Positions 13,533-29,112 are shown, counted from the first letter of the stretch. The stretch is DNA of 64,000 bases from Eledone cirrhosa (GCA_964016885.1 OZ024745.1:109864001-109928000), one strand, 5' to 3'. A program made the numbers and translations. The notes: generated from the letters alone by a model not told the origin.

Positions 13533-16224
13533 AACATCATGTTAATGAGAAAATTAAATCCCTCCAAATTTGTGATTATTTTCAGATTTATATGAACATC
13601 ATAGTGTATTTCATGAGAAATATGGTAATGAAAGGGTTAAACATTTGTTAATTTTTTTATGTAATTATACAATATATATTACCATATTATTTTCTAGGTT
13701 CTTTTGTAACTCCTAATTAGTAAACTGCCTAGTTATTTTGTTAGCTACACATCTTAATATTATTCACACACACTTTTAGTATTTATTTCCTTACAATGAT
13801 TGGTGCCATCATTATCTTTATAGATAATACCATAGTATAAATATACATTGATTGGAAGACTTTATTTTATAGATTAGAGACATCGATATTCTCTATCTGT
13901 ACAGCTAACTATCTTTAATGATTGACAAAGACACTAATGGATTAGAATATTACACATATATTTATATATTATTTGTTTACTTATTATTTGAATCTAACCA
14001 TAATTTAACCATTTTAACCTCCTGAAACCTCCCTGGTTCTAAAATATAAAATCATAACTTTTAGTAAGCTATGCTCCAAACACCAACTTAATAAACATAG
14101 AGTTAATAATATTACTAAACCCATCCAAATTCACGATTATTTTGAAAATGATTTCAAAAATAAGCAGTGATTTTCATTAGAAATATAATAACAAGTGGAT
14201 TGAATATATTTTTTCTTTCAACTTGTTTGAAAATAAGCATAGGAAGGAAAGCTATCACAATTTGAACAAGCAAACTTTTTTCATTTTTTTATCAGTCTTA
14301 AACAATGTAGGAGTAGAATGGTAATATTGTTTCCTTTGTCTACTTTCTGAGGAATAATGTGCATTTTTTTCTTACCTACCATACTACTTCTCTCATTCTT
14401 TCACAGCCACTTCCATTTTTATCCATTATTGCTTCTTTTTTTTTACCCAATATTTTCTTTTTCCTTTCTTTATCACTTCATTCTTTTACACTCACCTTCT
14501 TTTATTTCTCAGCTTGCCATCCTCTCTGTCTGTTGCTGTCTTTCTCACCATCCCTCTCTCTCTTCCCCTCATTCACTCTCTCCCTATCTATATCTTCTAC
14601 CCTCCTCTCTCTTCTCACTCTTTGTAACTCCATCACTAATCTTTCATACATGCAGCAAGTAAAAGAAACTACAAGAGAGCATGCTATGGCATTACACTCT
14701 TAACATGTTTTCAATACCTAATTGATTTTAGTATATTAGGACCATAGTTGGCACTGACTTTTAGTCATATGCTTTAATGTATTTTATTGACTAATTTACA
14801 TGGAAGAGAACCAAGACAGAAATCTCCTATTTCAGATACGAGATCAAAAAAGATATGCCAGTAATGTCAGTCCCATATTATGTATCTGCTGTCCTAAAGA
14901 GTCCACATAAACACACTACTTAACATACTCATATAAGAAACATAGAAAATGAACAAAAAAAAAACATTCTTTCTTAATCTCACTCTCAATCTAAATTTAA
15001 AAGTTTGGGTACTCACACACATATATGTATGTACAAACACACACATGTATATATATATTATTTATACATATGTATATATATATTTACATACACACACACA
15101 TATATATTTATACATATACACTCACACAATAGCACATAACATGTTTTCCTATGTGATTCAATTCCCATCAAGAAGTTGAGTATAATCTTTCCTTTCAAAG
15201 TATTGTTCACCTATGTATACTGAAGTAAGTATGTGTGTAAGTGTTGATGTATAATAGTGAGTGTGTATGTGTATGTATCCTCTTGGTATATAATATATAA
15301 TATTAATCGCCAAGATTTTGTAATGTATAAACATCATGAAATAGTATACATTAATAAATAAACATCTGAAAGAGAAAAATAACAGCAAATCTCTTGTTAA
15401 CTGGATAAACATGTTACCATTGCCTTACAAAAAAACTTACAGTGTTCCTCTCTCAAGCTAAGTATCATCATCATCACCACCATTTAACGTCCATTTTTCG
15501 ATGCTAGCATGGATTAGATGAGTTGTCCCATTGTGAGACAAGTCAGATCAGATGGTTAACAAAAGTTCTCATATGAAATTATGTTGGAAGGTTTTAATTT
15601 AAATAGAAACTTTTTAAGATTGGTGGTTTTATTTCATAGAACCAGAGGCAGTTTAGGGTAGGTGAGTATCAAATAGAATGACAGCTACACTACTAAGAAA
15701 GTGTAATGAGATTTATTATATATTTAATCAATTTAAACATTCATAAAAAGCTGGTAAACCATGACATACTAGGAAAGGTATCTAATATCTCTTATAATTA
15801 AGAAAACAAGAACAAAAGAGAGTTAGAGAAAGAATGAAGAAAACAAGAACAAAAAGGAGGTTAAAAACAGCACAAATAAGAAAAATGTGAAAAACAAGGA
15901 CAGCTATAAAGCAGCCAAATGTTTCTATTGTTGAAACATTTCGTAGCTTCCATAGGCTGGATGATCATATTTAGAACTGGTAAATTCTTGACAATATATT
16001 GCACCTCAAAGAGGTGTTGCAAGTAGAGTGGTGTATGCTGATGATGAAATACCAAAAAATACATGGGGAGGAGAAATGAGATCAGGTCTCAGGGTAGTTA
16101 AATAGCTTAGATAACACGAGACAAAATAAAAGAGACTAGTAGACTGCTAAACTGAATGGAATATTGGTTTCAATAATAAGTGCTCCAGTTGTTCAATTAA
16201 CAGAGCAACCTTCTTCATCGTATT

Positions 16225-16440
16225 CTTTTTCGCCCATTTATTTGTGAGAGGGTCGTGGGGGAAGAGTCCTCAAACACTCCTTCCAGCAGGTCCTGTCAAA
16301 AGCAACTCCCTCCAATTGATCTGGCTGGATCCCCAAGCATGACCAGCCAAAATCCTGGATGTTATCCAACCATTTTGCTCGAGGTTTACCCCTGGGTCTC
16401 CTGCCAGTTGGTTTTGCACATAAAATGGACATATTTTACA
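16225..16440 (-). mobile_element. RTE (Expander-like) 3' fragment
   Basis: KPTGRRPRGKPRAKWLDNI..LEGVAFDRTCW..LPPRP, a typical RTE C-terminus. Confidence 0.75.
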
Positions 16441-17767
16441 GGAAAAAACCAACTAGCAAACCAACAGAACAACCTGCTCCTGAAATTAATGTGTAAGTGG
16501 CTGAACACTCCACAGACATGCGCATCCTTAACATAATTCCCAGAGCCATTTCGCATGATGGAATGTGAGATGAAGCTGGCCCTTTGAATTACAGGTATAG
16601 TCCATCTGACAGGCTTCCAAGCAGTTTGTATCTACCCAATTTCACTCACAAGACATGGGTCAACTTGAGGCTATGATAAATGATACTTACCCAAGATGCT
16701 ATGCAGTAGAATCAAACTCAGGACTTAATGATTGCAAAATAAACTTCCTAACCATGTATCTATGCTGATTCCAGGACTGATGTACTTACACACTAATTTA
16801 AACATAGAGGGGTTGGGGAATATATTTTTTAATGGATGCTGCTAATGATTATGATGATGACGGTGATAATGGTGGTATTAATGAGGATATGATTGGAAGT
16901 AAATCATTGAATACATCAGCTCTAAATAATGTATATAGAGCAACTCAGCTTGACAGATTTCATATATGTGTGTATGTATAAATGTAACCTAAAGAGGAAT
17001 TAAATTACCTAACTGGTTTGTTAAAGATAGGATATTCAATGGAACTTTGACAGGAAATATTATAATCAACTCTACAGCAGGAATTGAATAACACAGGAAA
17101 GAAAATATTACATAATATAAAGTGTGTATGTGTTATATGTGTGTGTGGATCCATAAACAGGAGCATACACAGATGTACATATATATGTAGAGGCTCATTT
17201 ATATATCTAGCTAGAGTAAGAAAAGAATAGATTTATTTTTTAAGGGATATTTACCATCATTAGCAACACATGATGTATTTCATAGTACAAAATCCAAACT
17301 GTAGGCAGTATATGTAAGAGTGTCATGTTAGATGGTAGTGAAAGATGGAGAAGTCTTGGGAAGGATGAACAGCTATGAGTTGTGTATAATGAATTAATTG
17401 TGTTACATTTGTAGGGCAGAAGGGACTTGAAAGAGCAGTAAACAATTCAGGCTATTGGTTGAAGATAAGCCCGAGGAACGACAGGTAAGGATTTATGAGG
17501 TGATTGAATGATGAGTGGGGGTAAGAGCAGTATGTTGTTGATAGAGGGATCCAATGGCAGAGGATGTAAAAAAAGAAAAAGAAAGGAGGCTATGGCAACT
17601 AGATATAATGAAAAGTGATAATATACGATAGATCTATCTAACCCTCACAGCATGGAACAAAACAGACATTACAATATGGTTGAAGATAAAGATGATGATA
17701 TATATATAAACATCTATGCATGCTCTATCTGTATACAAACAACCCACAAATCCAAAATCCCTCTTTT

Positions 17768-17815
<48 letters not shown>

Positions 17816-20800
17816 GTTGGCAGTAGAAACCATACCTAAAAGGATTGAGAGGACCCTTCAGTTGTATCAATGACACAACCTCTCTAGAGTTGGTGATCTA
17901 GACAATAAAAGCACCCAGTACATGTTGTGAGGTGGTTGGTGATAGGAAGAGTATCCAGCTGTAGAAAGCTGTCCCAAACAGGGTTGGGAAGACCCTTCAA
18001 TTGTGTCAATGTTAGGAGGCGCATCCAGCCATAGAAGGTTTGTCAGACAATAGGTTGGAAGGGCCTTCTAGTCATGTCAAATACATGACAACGTTTCTAG
18101 TGCTGGTGCTATGTTAAAATGCTCTTGGTAGAACAGAGAACCATATGTAAGTGAGATACGAATCCCCAGCTTGTCAGGAGGTCAGTGGCCCCACTTAACT
18201 ACAGACAGTCAGTGAAGACCCATCCAACCCTTGCAAGCAGGGAAAGTGGATGTTAAATAATGATGATGATGATATGGGTGTGCAAATATTTATATATATA
18301 TATATATATATATCATTCGCTTCAATGATATGAAATCTACTTATACATCACATATATGTATATATACACAATGTGTAGACATTAATGTGTACACATACAA
18401 AATAGATTAGCCTGTAATGTAAAGTCTAAAATATCAAATTGGATAACTGTCTGAACAATTTCCTTGTTTTTCAATACTCATTAAGCTTGCAAATGGTAAA
18501 AACAAAATAAAGAGAAGCCTAAAGAAAACCCAATGAGTAGCTTCCTTATTGTGCTGCAAAGCTGTTATATATGAAGTTGAGCATTGTGATGAAATTGGTT
18601 GATGAAAATCAGAAACTGTCTCTATTATTCTGCATGAACAGAGATTTAGAAGTGGGAGCAAAAAGCCATGCTAAAAAATATAAAAATGGCTACTTAAATA
18701 TATTAGGTTGAAGAGACAGCAACAAAAAGACATTGATGTAAGTAATACTACATAGATGAATAAGAGGAATATTAGAATGCATTTTTGAAATGAAGTCATT
18801 GTTATTAGTGACAACAATGGTGTAGTGGTGGAGTGGATGTAGGTAAGAGAGAACTGGATTAAAAACAAAAAAACACTTTTGGTAGTAGATGACAGAGACA
18901 GCTGAATATAAATGCTATATTCTACATTTATTTAACCTATGCCAACATGAAGAATATGGCATCTACACAACATGTCAACATGTAAATCAGGCATTAACAC
19001 CATCTGGGGATTTGGTTAGCTTTTCTATTAGGACATCCTATCCTACATTAGTTGTTTCTTGTGCTCAGCATTTGAAGTATATGATATTGGTGCTTAAATA
19101 TTTTAGGTGATATTTTATGTGACACTGATTTGCTTTACTTTGGGCCCTCAACTCTTGATGGAATTGTAGAGGTTCCATTATGATATACAGCATGTATTGG
19201 CCATTGTAAATCTTGTAGCGCCCATCATTTTTAACATTTCACCACTGTTAGTTCTCCTATATAGAGAGAAAAAGAAAAAGTTAAAGAGAAACAGGAAATG
19301 AGAAAAAAAAAAGACATGAATAATCTACTGTAATGCTGGACTTATACTTTATTGAGCCTGGGGAGGATAAAAGGCAAATTGGTAGGATTTGAACTTTAAG
19401 TACAGATAGCCAGAATAAATACTGCTACTCTTAACTTACTGTATCATGTAGTAGTGTTACATTATCATCATCACCGTTTAACCTCTATTTTTCCATACTT
19501 GCATAAGTTAGACAGGTTGTCCCATTATGAGACAATACAGGTCAGGTGACCATGTCTTGCTCATAAGGATCGGTATTTTGGCTTGGTTTCTTTGGCTGGA
19601 TGCCCTTCCTAACACCAACTACATTACAGTGTGGACTGGGTGCTTTTTGTCATGTCACCACCATGACTGCCTTACAGGCAGAATTTCTATAACACAATAG
19701 GTCAGTGAAACACTAATAGATACTTTGTCCTTGCAGCAAAATGGCTAGTATTATGGGCGAATGATTGTAAAGTCATAGGTTCAGTTCCTAGACTGCATGG
19801 TCTGTTGTGTTCTTGAGCAAAACACTTAATTTCATTTTGCTTTAGTGAACTCAGCTGAAAATTAGTACCAACAGCAGCTGTCTGAAGGTTAACCCTGTGA
19901 TAGATAGGCATCCTGTTCAAGAGGAAGTCATAGTCTCAGTTGTTTAAATGCCAATGAAACTGAGATAAGCTCTAGTCTAATGAGCCTTTGATTTTGTTTA
20001 ATGTGTTAAGACAAGTCAGTTTAAAGAATATGTTACTCAATGTTAGTGACCATAACCAGACACAATATCTCCCAATAAACTGACTGTATGCCATACATAT
20101 CACCACTGATCTACAAGCAAGTTGTCTCTTCTCTTTGCCTTTTCTAGATTGACTAAATATTACACAGGTTTCTGCTCCTTACAATTGGCTAGTTTCATGC
20201 AACCTTCACTCAAGCATTCCTGTTTCAACTTGTCTCTCCACCATTTACCACCTGTGTTGTATCTATTGCCCCCTTCCCTACACTACCTAATATCTCCAGT
20301 CAATCTTCGTCAGGTTGTCAGTTCTTGAGACTACCACATTAACACTTTTGATATCAAATCATCTGAAACTACCACTGGTTGTATGCCACAAATCCATTTA
20401 TTTTAAAGTATTTATATTTAGCTAAAACCAATCCATCATAATTTTATGTAAAGAATGTGTTAAGTTATGCTCCAAACACCAGATAGATATTGAGAAATTT
20501 AGTTATATTACTAAATCCCTCCAAATTCTTAATTATTTTCAAAATTACAGACATTATCTTTCATTAATTTTATGGTAATGAAAGGGTTCACAATAATTTT
20601 CTTGTATCCATCAACCTGCAAGCATTCAAAGGGAACATTAACCACAGCAAATTTGTCAGTTCTATGAAGGTTCTAAGCATAACGCCTAACTCGTAACTAA
20701 AAAAACAACAACAACAGAATGGTAAACAAGAAGGTTGTGATGTTTATACTTTTCTGAGGACATTAGCTGTGCATGTGATGCCAAAATAGCTCCAAACAGA

Positions 20801-20929
20801 TATTGAATATCAATTAATTGAACAGATATTGCAGATTATAGGTTTAACATTCTGGGAAGCTTACATTTTTTTCTCTACAGTATTTGCACTAAGTAAAAAA
20901 TCATAACAATTCATTCTAACAAACCACAA

Positions 20930-21059
20930 TATACATACATATATATACAAACATACATATACATATATATACATATATATACATATAAAACATACATACA
21001 CATATATATACATATACATACATATATATATACATATATATATATATATACATATATAT

Positions 21060-21092
<33 letters not shown>

Positions 21093-21224
21093 CATATACA
21101 TACATATATATACATATACATATATATACAATTATATACATATACATATATATACATATACATATATATACATATACATATATTATACATAAACCCATGC
21201 TAGCATGGAAGATAGATGTTAAAC

Positions 21225-21257
<33 letters not shown>

Positions 21258-21470
21258 ATATATACATACATATACAAATATATGCATATACATATATATA
21301 CATCTATAGGCATATACATATCTATACATACACATACATATATATATATACATATACAGATATATACATATATGTACATACATGTACATATATATATACA
21401 TATATATATACATGCTCTGATGATGATGATGATTATATATAATATATATATATATATACACACACACTAT
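20930..21470. repeat. Compound (TA/CA)n and (GAT)n repeat with a SINE tail remnant
   Basis: Direct inspection; CCCATGCTAGCATGGAA..GATGTTAAACGATGATG tail at 21193-21255. Confidence 0.9.
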
Positions 21471-22202
21471 CATACAGTCATATTACCATATTACATCAGC
21501 ACCAACTCTACAACATACCAGTCCATTATTCAACACATTGATATAATACAAAACAATAACAGTACACAGAAAAGCCATTATTATAACAATGCTGAGTGGT
21601 GAAAATCTGAATGACAGTGTGTCAAGTATGTTCAGGTGTCATCATATGATAAAGAATGAACAGCAAAGGATATTGAAGAATTTTTAAAATGAGAAGCTAA
21701 GATAAGAAGAAAAATACCCTCTTTTTTATTGAATATCTTTTTTTTTTCACCAAGTAAACCTTAAAGATATTCAAGTTTTCTTTTTATTATTTTATATCAA
21801 AGAAATAAATTTCATAAAATCAAACATTTTTCATTCAATTATAAAATTGAAAATGACAGAAGGATATAGTTTGACTTGGATTGATTTGGGGAAGTTTTAA
21901 TACAGACTTTCATTATAAAATAATTGGATTAAAAAAAAATTAAATCAATAATTTAAATGAACTTGAAATAGTTAGATTCAACTTTCATGTCTTTCTAACT
22001 TTAAAGATTACAGGTAGTTATTTTTTCAATCTCCTTTTTCCTCCTGATTGAAGTTTAATATCTGAATTCAATGTTTCAGAAATTAAAAAGAAATATGTTT
22101 CTTAATTGTTTTGTCTTTATTGCATATAAAAAAGAACCCATTATAAATAAAATGCATCTGCAAAATATTAACAGCTAACTTTTGCTGCATTCTATTGCTT
22201 AC

Positions 22203-22237
22203 TACACTGACTTCAACTCCACCCATCTGCCATTTTA
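22203..22237 (-). CDS. Candidate 35-bp exon (KWQMGGVEVSV)
   Basis: tcatttgtAG acceptor, GTA|GTAAGC donor. Confidence 0.25.
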
Positions 22238-23829
22238 CTACAAATGATAATCATCTTTCCAATAACTACAATACTATACTCATGCTACACATATACATGT
22301 TCACATTTATACACACACACACATACATACACACACAGACATATTTATATATATATAAAAGAATATATGTATTGTATATGTATGTACACTTTCTATAGAA
22401 AATCAAAGAACATAAATGACAAATGTTATTATCTCTTTAAAATGATAATAATAATAAAAAGAACATTCAGCAAAGAAACAATAAAGAATTCTATTATATT
22501 CTCAATTACTTTGGGCAGACGGTTGACAAAAGTCTTTGAATGTTCCCTCTGAAAGACGAAGACGAAATGACAATCAGATATAATTGCTAAGAGAGGTAGA
22601 AACAGTTTTGATATAATAAAACAGTGAGCAGGCCAGTAGCAAAATGCTGTTCTGAGACTTGGCAGAGATCAGAAGCATTCTTCGATAATTGCCAGTCATA
22701 TTCAAAAGAGTTTCTTATTGTCAGTTGTTCTCAAAGACAACAGTGGGATGAAAAGAAAAGGGTAATGGGTATGGATAGAAGAGAGCTGAGATACAAGTCA
22801 ATCTGTTAGTCAATATTAAATATAGTTAAGTGTCCTAGACAAATTCATTATGAAACGCAGATGTCTTGACGAGATCCGATAAGAATCAATAGTTTTTAGT
22901 GGCAACGGCAGGCAAACAATGTCCTTCAATGTCTTTGAATGCTTCCTCAACAGAAAAACTGGTTTTTATTTTACATGGCATGAACTTATTCTGAAAGAGG
23001 CCTAGTCAATGCTACAAAGCAAAGCCATAATATTAAGCAAAAGGTAAATAGGCAGACCAACTAATGGCATTTGTCCAAGTAACTGCACACTGGTCAGCTG
23101 TGCATGCAGCTTTAGTGATAGTGCAAAGAAATCTCTGACTCTTGTCGCTAGGCAGAAATGCAGTATTCAGTTACAATGAGACAAAACTATTACCAATATT
23201 CTCTACATATGGAAAAGATAACTCTCTCTATTTTCTGAACTGGGTGATTAACCATCAAAGAATGAAATCAAAACCCAACAGAAATAGCAATGAAGCAAGT
23301 TCTTGTATTGATTTCTTTGAATAATACCCACATCTGACTTTTCTGTGTTGCTATATGCTATGATAAATTCTAAAGAATACTTAGTTCTCTTTGTTAAACA
23401 ATGCTATAACTACAATTCAAGAGAGTTTGCTATCACCTTAAAGATGCTGGTTTATAAATAAATATAAAAAGACAGTGTTCTCTTTTATCATTTTACTAAT
23501 TATAAAACATACAGTGTATGGGTAACATTGAGAGTTTGCTATTAATCTGATTTTACAAACGTTCACATATTTGCTTTTAATCAGCCACTAAAATTCAAAT
23601 ATTTGACTAATGTCATTAGGTACATTGTGGGTACAACCTTTCTTAGTAAGCTGAGCCTAACCAGACTAAAATTATAATCATTGATTTTTAAATACAAAAA
23701 AAGTAAATGATTTCCAATTCACTTTAGAAATGACAATATAATGCAGGAAATGGCGAATAATTTACTGGTAGAAATTTTACAAATTCCATATGCCTGAAGA
23801 AAGAGGCTCAGAAACGTTATTACAGGGAA

Positions 23830-25130
23830 TGCATGGAGAAGTGAAGGACTACTCCAGTAGCCCCAAAAGAGGGACCAGCTATCAAAGATGACAGCCATTC
23901 TGATAAAAGCATGATTTAAAAAAGGAAGTCAAGGAAAACCCTTAATTCATCAGGGCTAGTTGCTTAATCACAGAAAATATCTGAAGTAAATATAGCATGG
24001 GTCATATGCAATGATTGTTATAGCAGTACCACCATTGGCTGCTATAAAGGCAAAAGAGATACTCAAGAAAATAAACAATTACAGAGGGATCAAACTGTTG
24101 GCTCATGTTATGAAAATAACAGAAAGAGTTATAGCACAACTGATTAGAAAAAGAATTAGATGAGATATAGTTCAGGTTTATTTCAAGAGGGAGTATTATT
24201 AATGCCCTCTGCCTAGTATAACAATTACAAGAGGGGGTCTTAGATAAAGTAAGCCATTATACCTAGCATTCATCATTGGGTAGAAAGTTTGTATAGGCTT
24301 CCAGACTATGATATCCTAGTTCATATAATTGAATCTGTAGAAGATTTAGAGAAAGCCCAAACATGGAAGCAAATCTTACAATGAAGAGACCTCAAAATAA
24401 ATCTAAAAAAAAACAAACCCCAAAAGCTTTTAGTTAGCCAGAAAAAAAAAAACAGATCTCTATTGGCATCCGGAAAATTGCCTTGCCCCAATATGCAGAG
24501 AAAGTGTAGGTAGGAATTCCATATTGTGTATTTGGTGTAAAATATAACAGCACAGGAGGCTTAGTTGGATTACAGGAAGGGTGACGAAGCAGGAAGTCTT
24601 TGTATGTGGAAGATGCACAGGAGTATTTAGAAAGAAAAAAACTCCCATAAAATAAATTCTTTCAAATTCTCAGAAGTAGTTGATAGCTTTCACTTTGGTA
24701 CCGTAAATAGCAGTAAAGTTGAGTGCTTGAAAAGCATAGTAACCAAACTAAGAATAGGCTGGAAGAAAGCTCAGAGAGCTATTATATATGCAAGCAACAC
24801 ATACATTCTCTCTTTATGTGGAGGATAGATTATATGATGCATGTATATAAAGTGTAATGTTGTATGGTAGCTAGACTGAGCATTGAATACAGATGATGAG
24901 CAAGTTGGCTAAAAAGAAATAAAACCTTGTTGGATGAGTATAAAATTAGTATGTATATACAATGAAATATAAATGAGCGGTGAGAAAAACTGTGTAGAAA
25001 AGATATTAGATGTAGTATACAAGGCTGCTATGGACATGTGATACATATGGAGATTAGCAGTTAAATAAAGAAGTAACAAGAGATCCAAGCAGAAAGAAGC
25101 AGTAAAAGAGGTAGACCGAGGAAGACATTA
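23830..25130 (+). mobile_element. Heavily decayed RTE LINE
   Basis: YKGKRD..NNYRGIKLLAHVMKITERVIAQLIRKRI remnants, many stops, RGRPRKT near the 3' end. Confidence 0.75.
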
Positions 25131-25269
25131 TGATGATAATGATGATGATGATGATGATGGTGGCAGTCATGATGGCAATGATAATGGTAGTAATGATGAC
25201 AATGATAGCTTTAAAACTACATCTTCTGGATAAAGTTGTAAAAGGCCTTAGATGTCATACCATAAAAGC

Positions 25270-26265
25270 AAAAAATCATCCTGCCTTTTGTATGTTGACG
25301 ATCTAGTCCTCATAGTAGAAACTGTAGAAGAATTAGAGAAGCAAAATCTGAAATTAAAAGACCTCAAAGTAAACATAGCAAAGACTAAAGTTTTAGTAAG
25401 TAGAAAAGAGAATAAGACTCAACTACCATCAAGGAAATGGTCATGCTCAAAATGCTGAGTAAGTACCCAGTATTTACAATGATGCACAAGAGGTGTAGTA
25501 GGATGAGGCATAGATTGACAAGAAAGTAGACTTCACAAGCAACTGGTACACAGAAATAATTGTTTCTACGTTAGGCACAAGGCCAGCAATTACCCAGTGC
25601 ATTACTGGTACTTTATTTTATCGACCCCGTAAGGATGAAAGGCAAAGTCAACCTCAGCGGGATTTGAACTCAGATCGTAAAGGGACGTAACTTTGCTGGA
25701 AAGCATGGTGTCCGACCCTCTACCGATACTGCCAATCCACCGCCCTCTGGTACACAGAAATAATGAACAGTAAGATTCCTCATGAAATTTACTCTCTTAA
25801 ATATTCAATAGGTTCATTAAATGTAGTAGATAGCTTTTGTTATGGAGGGGAAGCGGTTTCTATAGGTGTCAACTCTGCTAGCAATAAAGGGTTCCTCTCA
25901 CAGAGCAAGGGGAAGATTGTATGATGATTGTGTTGAAACTGCTATACTACACAGTATTGCATGCTTTACTGGATGTATAATGTAGACGTACATGAAAGAT
26001 AGAGCACAAGTAAGTTGAGAAAAAAGCAGAATATAAGAGAAAGGTGACTGTGGCAGCATAGACAAGTGATGTACATGGACAATGATAGCTAACTAAAGAC
26101 ATGTGAAGAACTTAAAGTGGTTAAAACCTGTGGAAGAGGGAGATCAAGTAAAATGTGGAATGAAGTGGTGAAAAATGACTTCAAGAAACTGAACTGTCAC
26201 AGAAGAGATGACATAAGACCATGTTGACTGGGAACTTGCCATATTGGAGGAAACTCACCCACAAT
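25270..26265 (+). mobile_element. Decayed RTE LINE 3' half interrupted by a SINE
   Basis: LLYVDDLVLIVE..LKVNIAKTKVL..KWSCSKC; GRGRSSKMWNEVVKNDFKKL near the end. Confidence 0.75.
25561..25746 (-). mobile_element. tRNA-derived SINE family A, full length, 18-bp TSD
   Basis: A box TGGCAGTATCGG, B box GAGTTCAAATCC, core GCCTTTCATCC..GGGGTCGATAAAATAAAGTACCAG; TSD CTGGTACACAGAAATAAT at 25543-25560 and 25747-25764. Confidence 0.92.
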
Positions 26266-27706
26266 TACAGGTACTGTAATGCTAAAAATATATTATGGTG
26301 AGAAAACGGAGTCTGTTTGGAAGGGAGAGGTCTTTATTAGCCTTGCAGTAGACTAAAAAATATTTCTAGTTTTGGTATGATAAAATGCACCCAGTACATT
26401 TTGTAAAGTGGTTGACATTAAGAAGGGTATCCAGTCATAGAAACTATGCCATAAGTATGTTTCTCTGACCTGTCTCATGTTGAACTGTAGCAACCTGTCC
26501 AACTCATGCTAACATGGAAAGCACACACATAAGAGGATGATGTGTTTGTGTGTCTGTGTGTAAATACAAATATATAAAAGAATTTCAAATTTATCTACCA
26601 TGTGTCTATGCTTTTTTTACATGTGTATGTAAATATAAACGACTCAGTTTTTTTTTCTTCTCTCTCACATATACACACACACAAACATATATAGTAAATG
26701 CTTGGTTTAACGGACTAATAGGGGGGAAAGTCTGACTGTTAATGCCAAAAGTCTATTACATTCAATGTCCCCTAAGGGCCATTTTATATTGCATTTGAAT
26801 GTAAAAAAATAGCTTTAATACAATTTACTATTCTGTACAAAATAAAATTATTAAATTATAATAAATAATATATAATTTTTATCTACCCCTTTGACAGTGT
26901 AGTTGAAAAGTATTTTGCAGTAACGATGATGGTAATACAGAAGTCATTATTCAGTGTCTGAAAGTGGAGTTAAAGGGGAAGCCACCGATTCAGACTCTTC
27001 TGAAATGTTCATATATGAATGCACTATTGTTGTCTGGTTGTTAGAAGTGAAATAGAAGTGGGAGTTGGGAAAGTTAGCTTAACTCTTAACATCTTGCAAT
27101 GATTTAGCAGGAAATATGTAAAAATGGATTTGTTAATTCAAATATTTATAGAATCCTTACTAACAGAAAGATCTTTGTGAAAATTTGCCATATCAGATTT
27201 CTAATGTGATGCTGTCTTATACAATTTAAGCACTGCTTTTCCTGTTCAGGAATATGGGTTTCATCTAGTTTGTCGAGCTTCCTGTCAACATGGCCCTGCG
27301 TTGTCTTCAAGAGATTCAGTTTCATGAGGCCATATTTATACTCTTGAAGAATGACTTGCTAATGCAGTTCCATGTGACACAGGACATAAATAGTTAAAGA
27401 AAGCATCTAGCTTTGGTCATTTGTCACTGATGTTACTTTTGAATTATTATTGCTCTAACCAGTATAATCATTGTAAGCCCATTCAGCCCTGTCACTCTCA
27501 CTCATCTTTCAGTGTTTTATGAAGGATGGGTGAGAGTTGCGAAAATAATGAAGCTGAGTGGGCCTACAATGACTCTGCTTTTCAAAGCATATCCTTGTAT
27601 TTTCCTCAATATTTTGGGCCCTTGTGACCAATAAAAGAAATGATTGCTCTAAACTGTTGAAGTGCACCTATGCACAGAAACAATAATTTTTCATTATTTT
27701 CTTTTC

Positions 27707-27768
<62 letters not shown>

Positions 27769-27769
27769 T

Positions 27770-28170
27770 TCAAGTAAAGAACAATTTTGAGGACAGTAAA
27801 TGTCCCCATGTAGTGACTGGCAACATCTATGAGGTTTCTCATTTCAGAGAATGTTGACTGTGCTGGTATAACTTTCATTTCTTTAATGTCTTCATATTCT
27901 CCTGCTTTGTCATGTAGAACTTCATCTACAATTTCTTCATCAGTGAGAACCTGATAGCCATGAACCAGGATCACTTTCACCAATCTAAAGCCATTCCTAA
28001 ATATCATCTTCAGTTGTTTTTTTGTTGCTAACATTTACAAAGGAATGTTGAAAGTAATTTGCTATAAAATCTTCAAAATCCATATCAGGTTCAACATTAT
28101 TCAACAACTTCAACCATTTCTTAAAGTTGTAATCTTCAATTCCTTCCAAAGAAATTACAAAGTTTTAAAA
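27770..28170 (-). mobile_element. Tigger/pogo-like transposase C-terminal remnant
   Basis: GYQVLTDEEIVDEVL plus an acidic tract, typical of the pogo/Tigger C-terminus; frameshifted. Confidence 0.5.
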
Positions 28171-28411
28171 ATGCAAACTTAATGTTTAGAGGTTCTTTAA
28201 GTCTCCCGAGCCTCTTGTGTTGCCTTGTGCTTCTTCTTCATTCTCTAATAGAATTATTATTTCTTCAAAAATGTTCTTTCAAATTATTTGCTGATCTATT
28301 CCAATCGAATCTAAGGCCTTCCCACACCTGTTGGAGGAACCCCTCCCACGATTTACTTCTACCACTTTCCATTTAGGTTTGCTTATGTCAGAGGTGTAGC
28401 TGTACTCACCA

Positions 28412-28606
28412 CAGACCTGCTAACCTCTAAAAAGCCAAAAGGGGAGTACCATGAAAAAAAGTCCCCTCAAAACGGGGAGAAATGAGGCAATATGGGGAGA
28501 TTTTACATAATGAAAGCTATACCCATTTTCACAAGAGAAGACATCTCTCACCCATCCCAAAGTAGGTGGGAGATCTCCCGTTGGACAGGGAGAGTTGACT
28601 GGTTTG
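28412..28606. mobile_element. Decayed hAT-like MITE
   Basis: Imperfect TIR CAGACCTGCTAAC / GTTGACTGGTTTG, flanked by TCACCA on both sides. Confidence 0.4.
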
Positions 28607-28791
28607 TCACCATGCTGGTCTATTTATTTGCCATCTGCCGTTAAAACCTGCCTTATATGTGTAAACGAATGAACGATTAGAACGTCTATGAATATTCTTT
28701 CATCTTGATAGATTTATGGCGCTGTATAAGTGTTTCATATAAATATATAAACATTATTTTTACTATCACTATTTACTATTTTTACTATATA

Positions 28792-29112
28792 CTGAGTTCA
28801 AATCCCGTCGAGGTTAACTTTACCTTTCATCCTTATCGGGTCGATAAAGTAAAGTACCAGTAATGAACTGGGTATTTGCTGGCCTTGTGCCAAAAGTAGA
28901 AACAATTATTTTTACTATCATTATTCCCGCCGAAGTTAACTTTGCCTTTCATCCTTACGGGGTCGATAAAATAAAGTACCAGTAATGTACTGGGTAATTG
29001 GTGGCCTTGTGCCTAAAGTAGAAACAATTATTAATTTAAGGGGTCGATAAAATAAAGCACCAGTAATACATTGGGGTAATTGCTGGCCTTGTGCTAAAAG
29101 TAGAAACATTAT
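28792..29112 (+). mobile_element. Three tandem, progressively 5'-truncated SINE-A copies
   Basis: The core-to-GCCTTGTGCC..AGAAACAATT tail occurs three times. Confidence 0.88.

Noticed and set aside
11411-15224. Further plus-strand micro-exons (11411-11462, 13076-13119, 15201-15224)
   Set aside because: Splice-like motifs are frequent by chance here; no recognisable protein, and the strand conflicts with the minus-strand candidates.
23788-23826. Hammerhead-like CTGAAGA..GAAACG
   Set aside because: Stems I and II do not close properly.
28411-28427. 17-bp micro-exon on minus with GTGAGT donor
   Set aside because: Coincides with the terminus and duplicated flank of a MITE.
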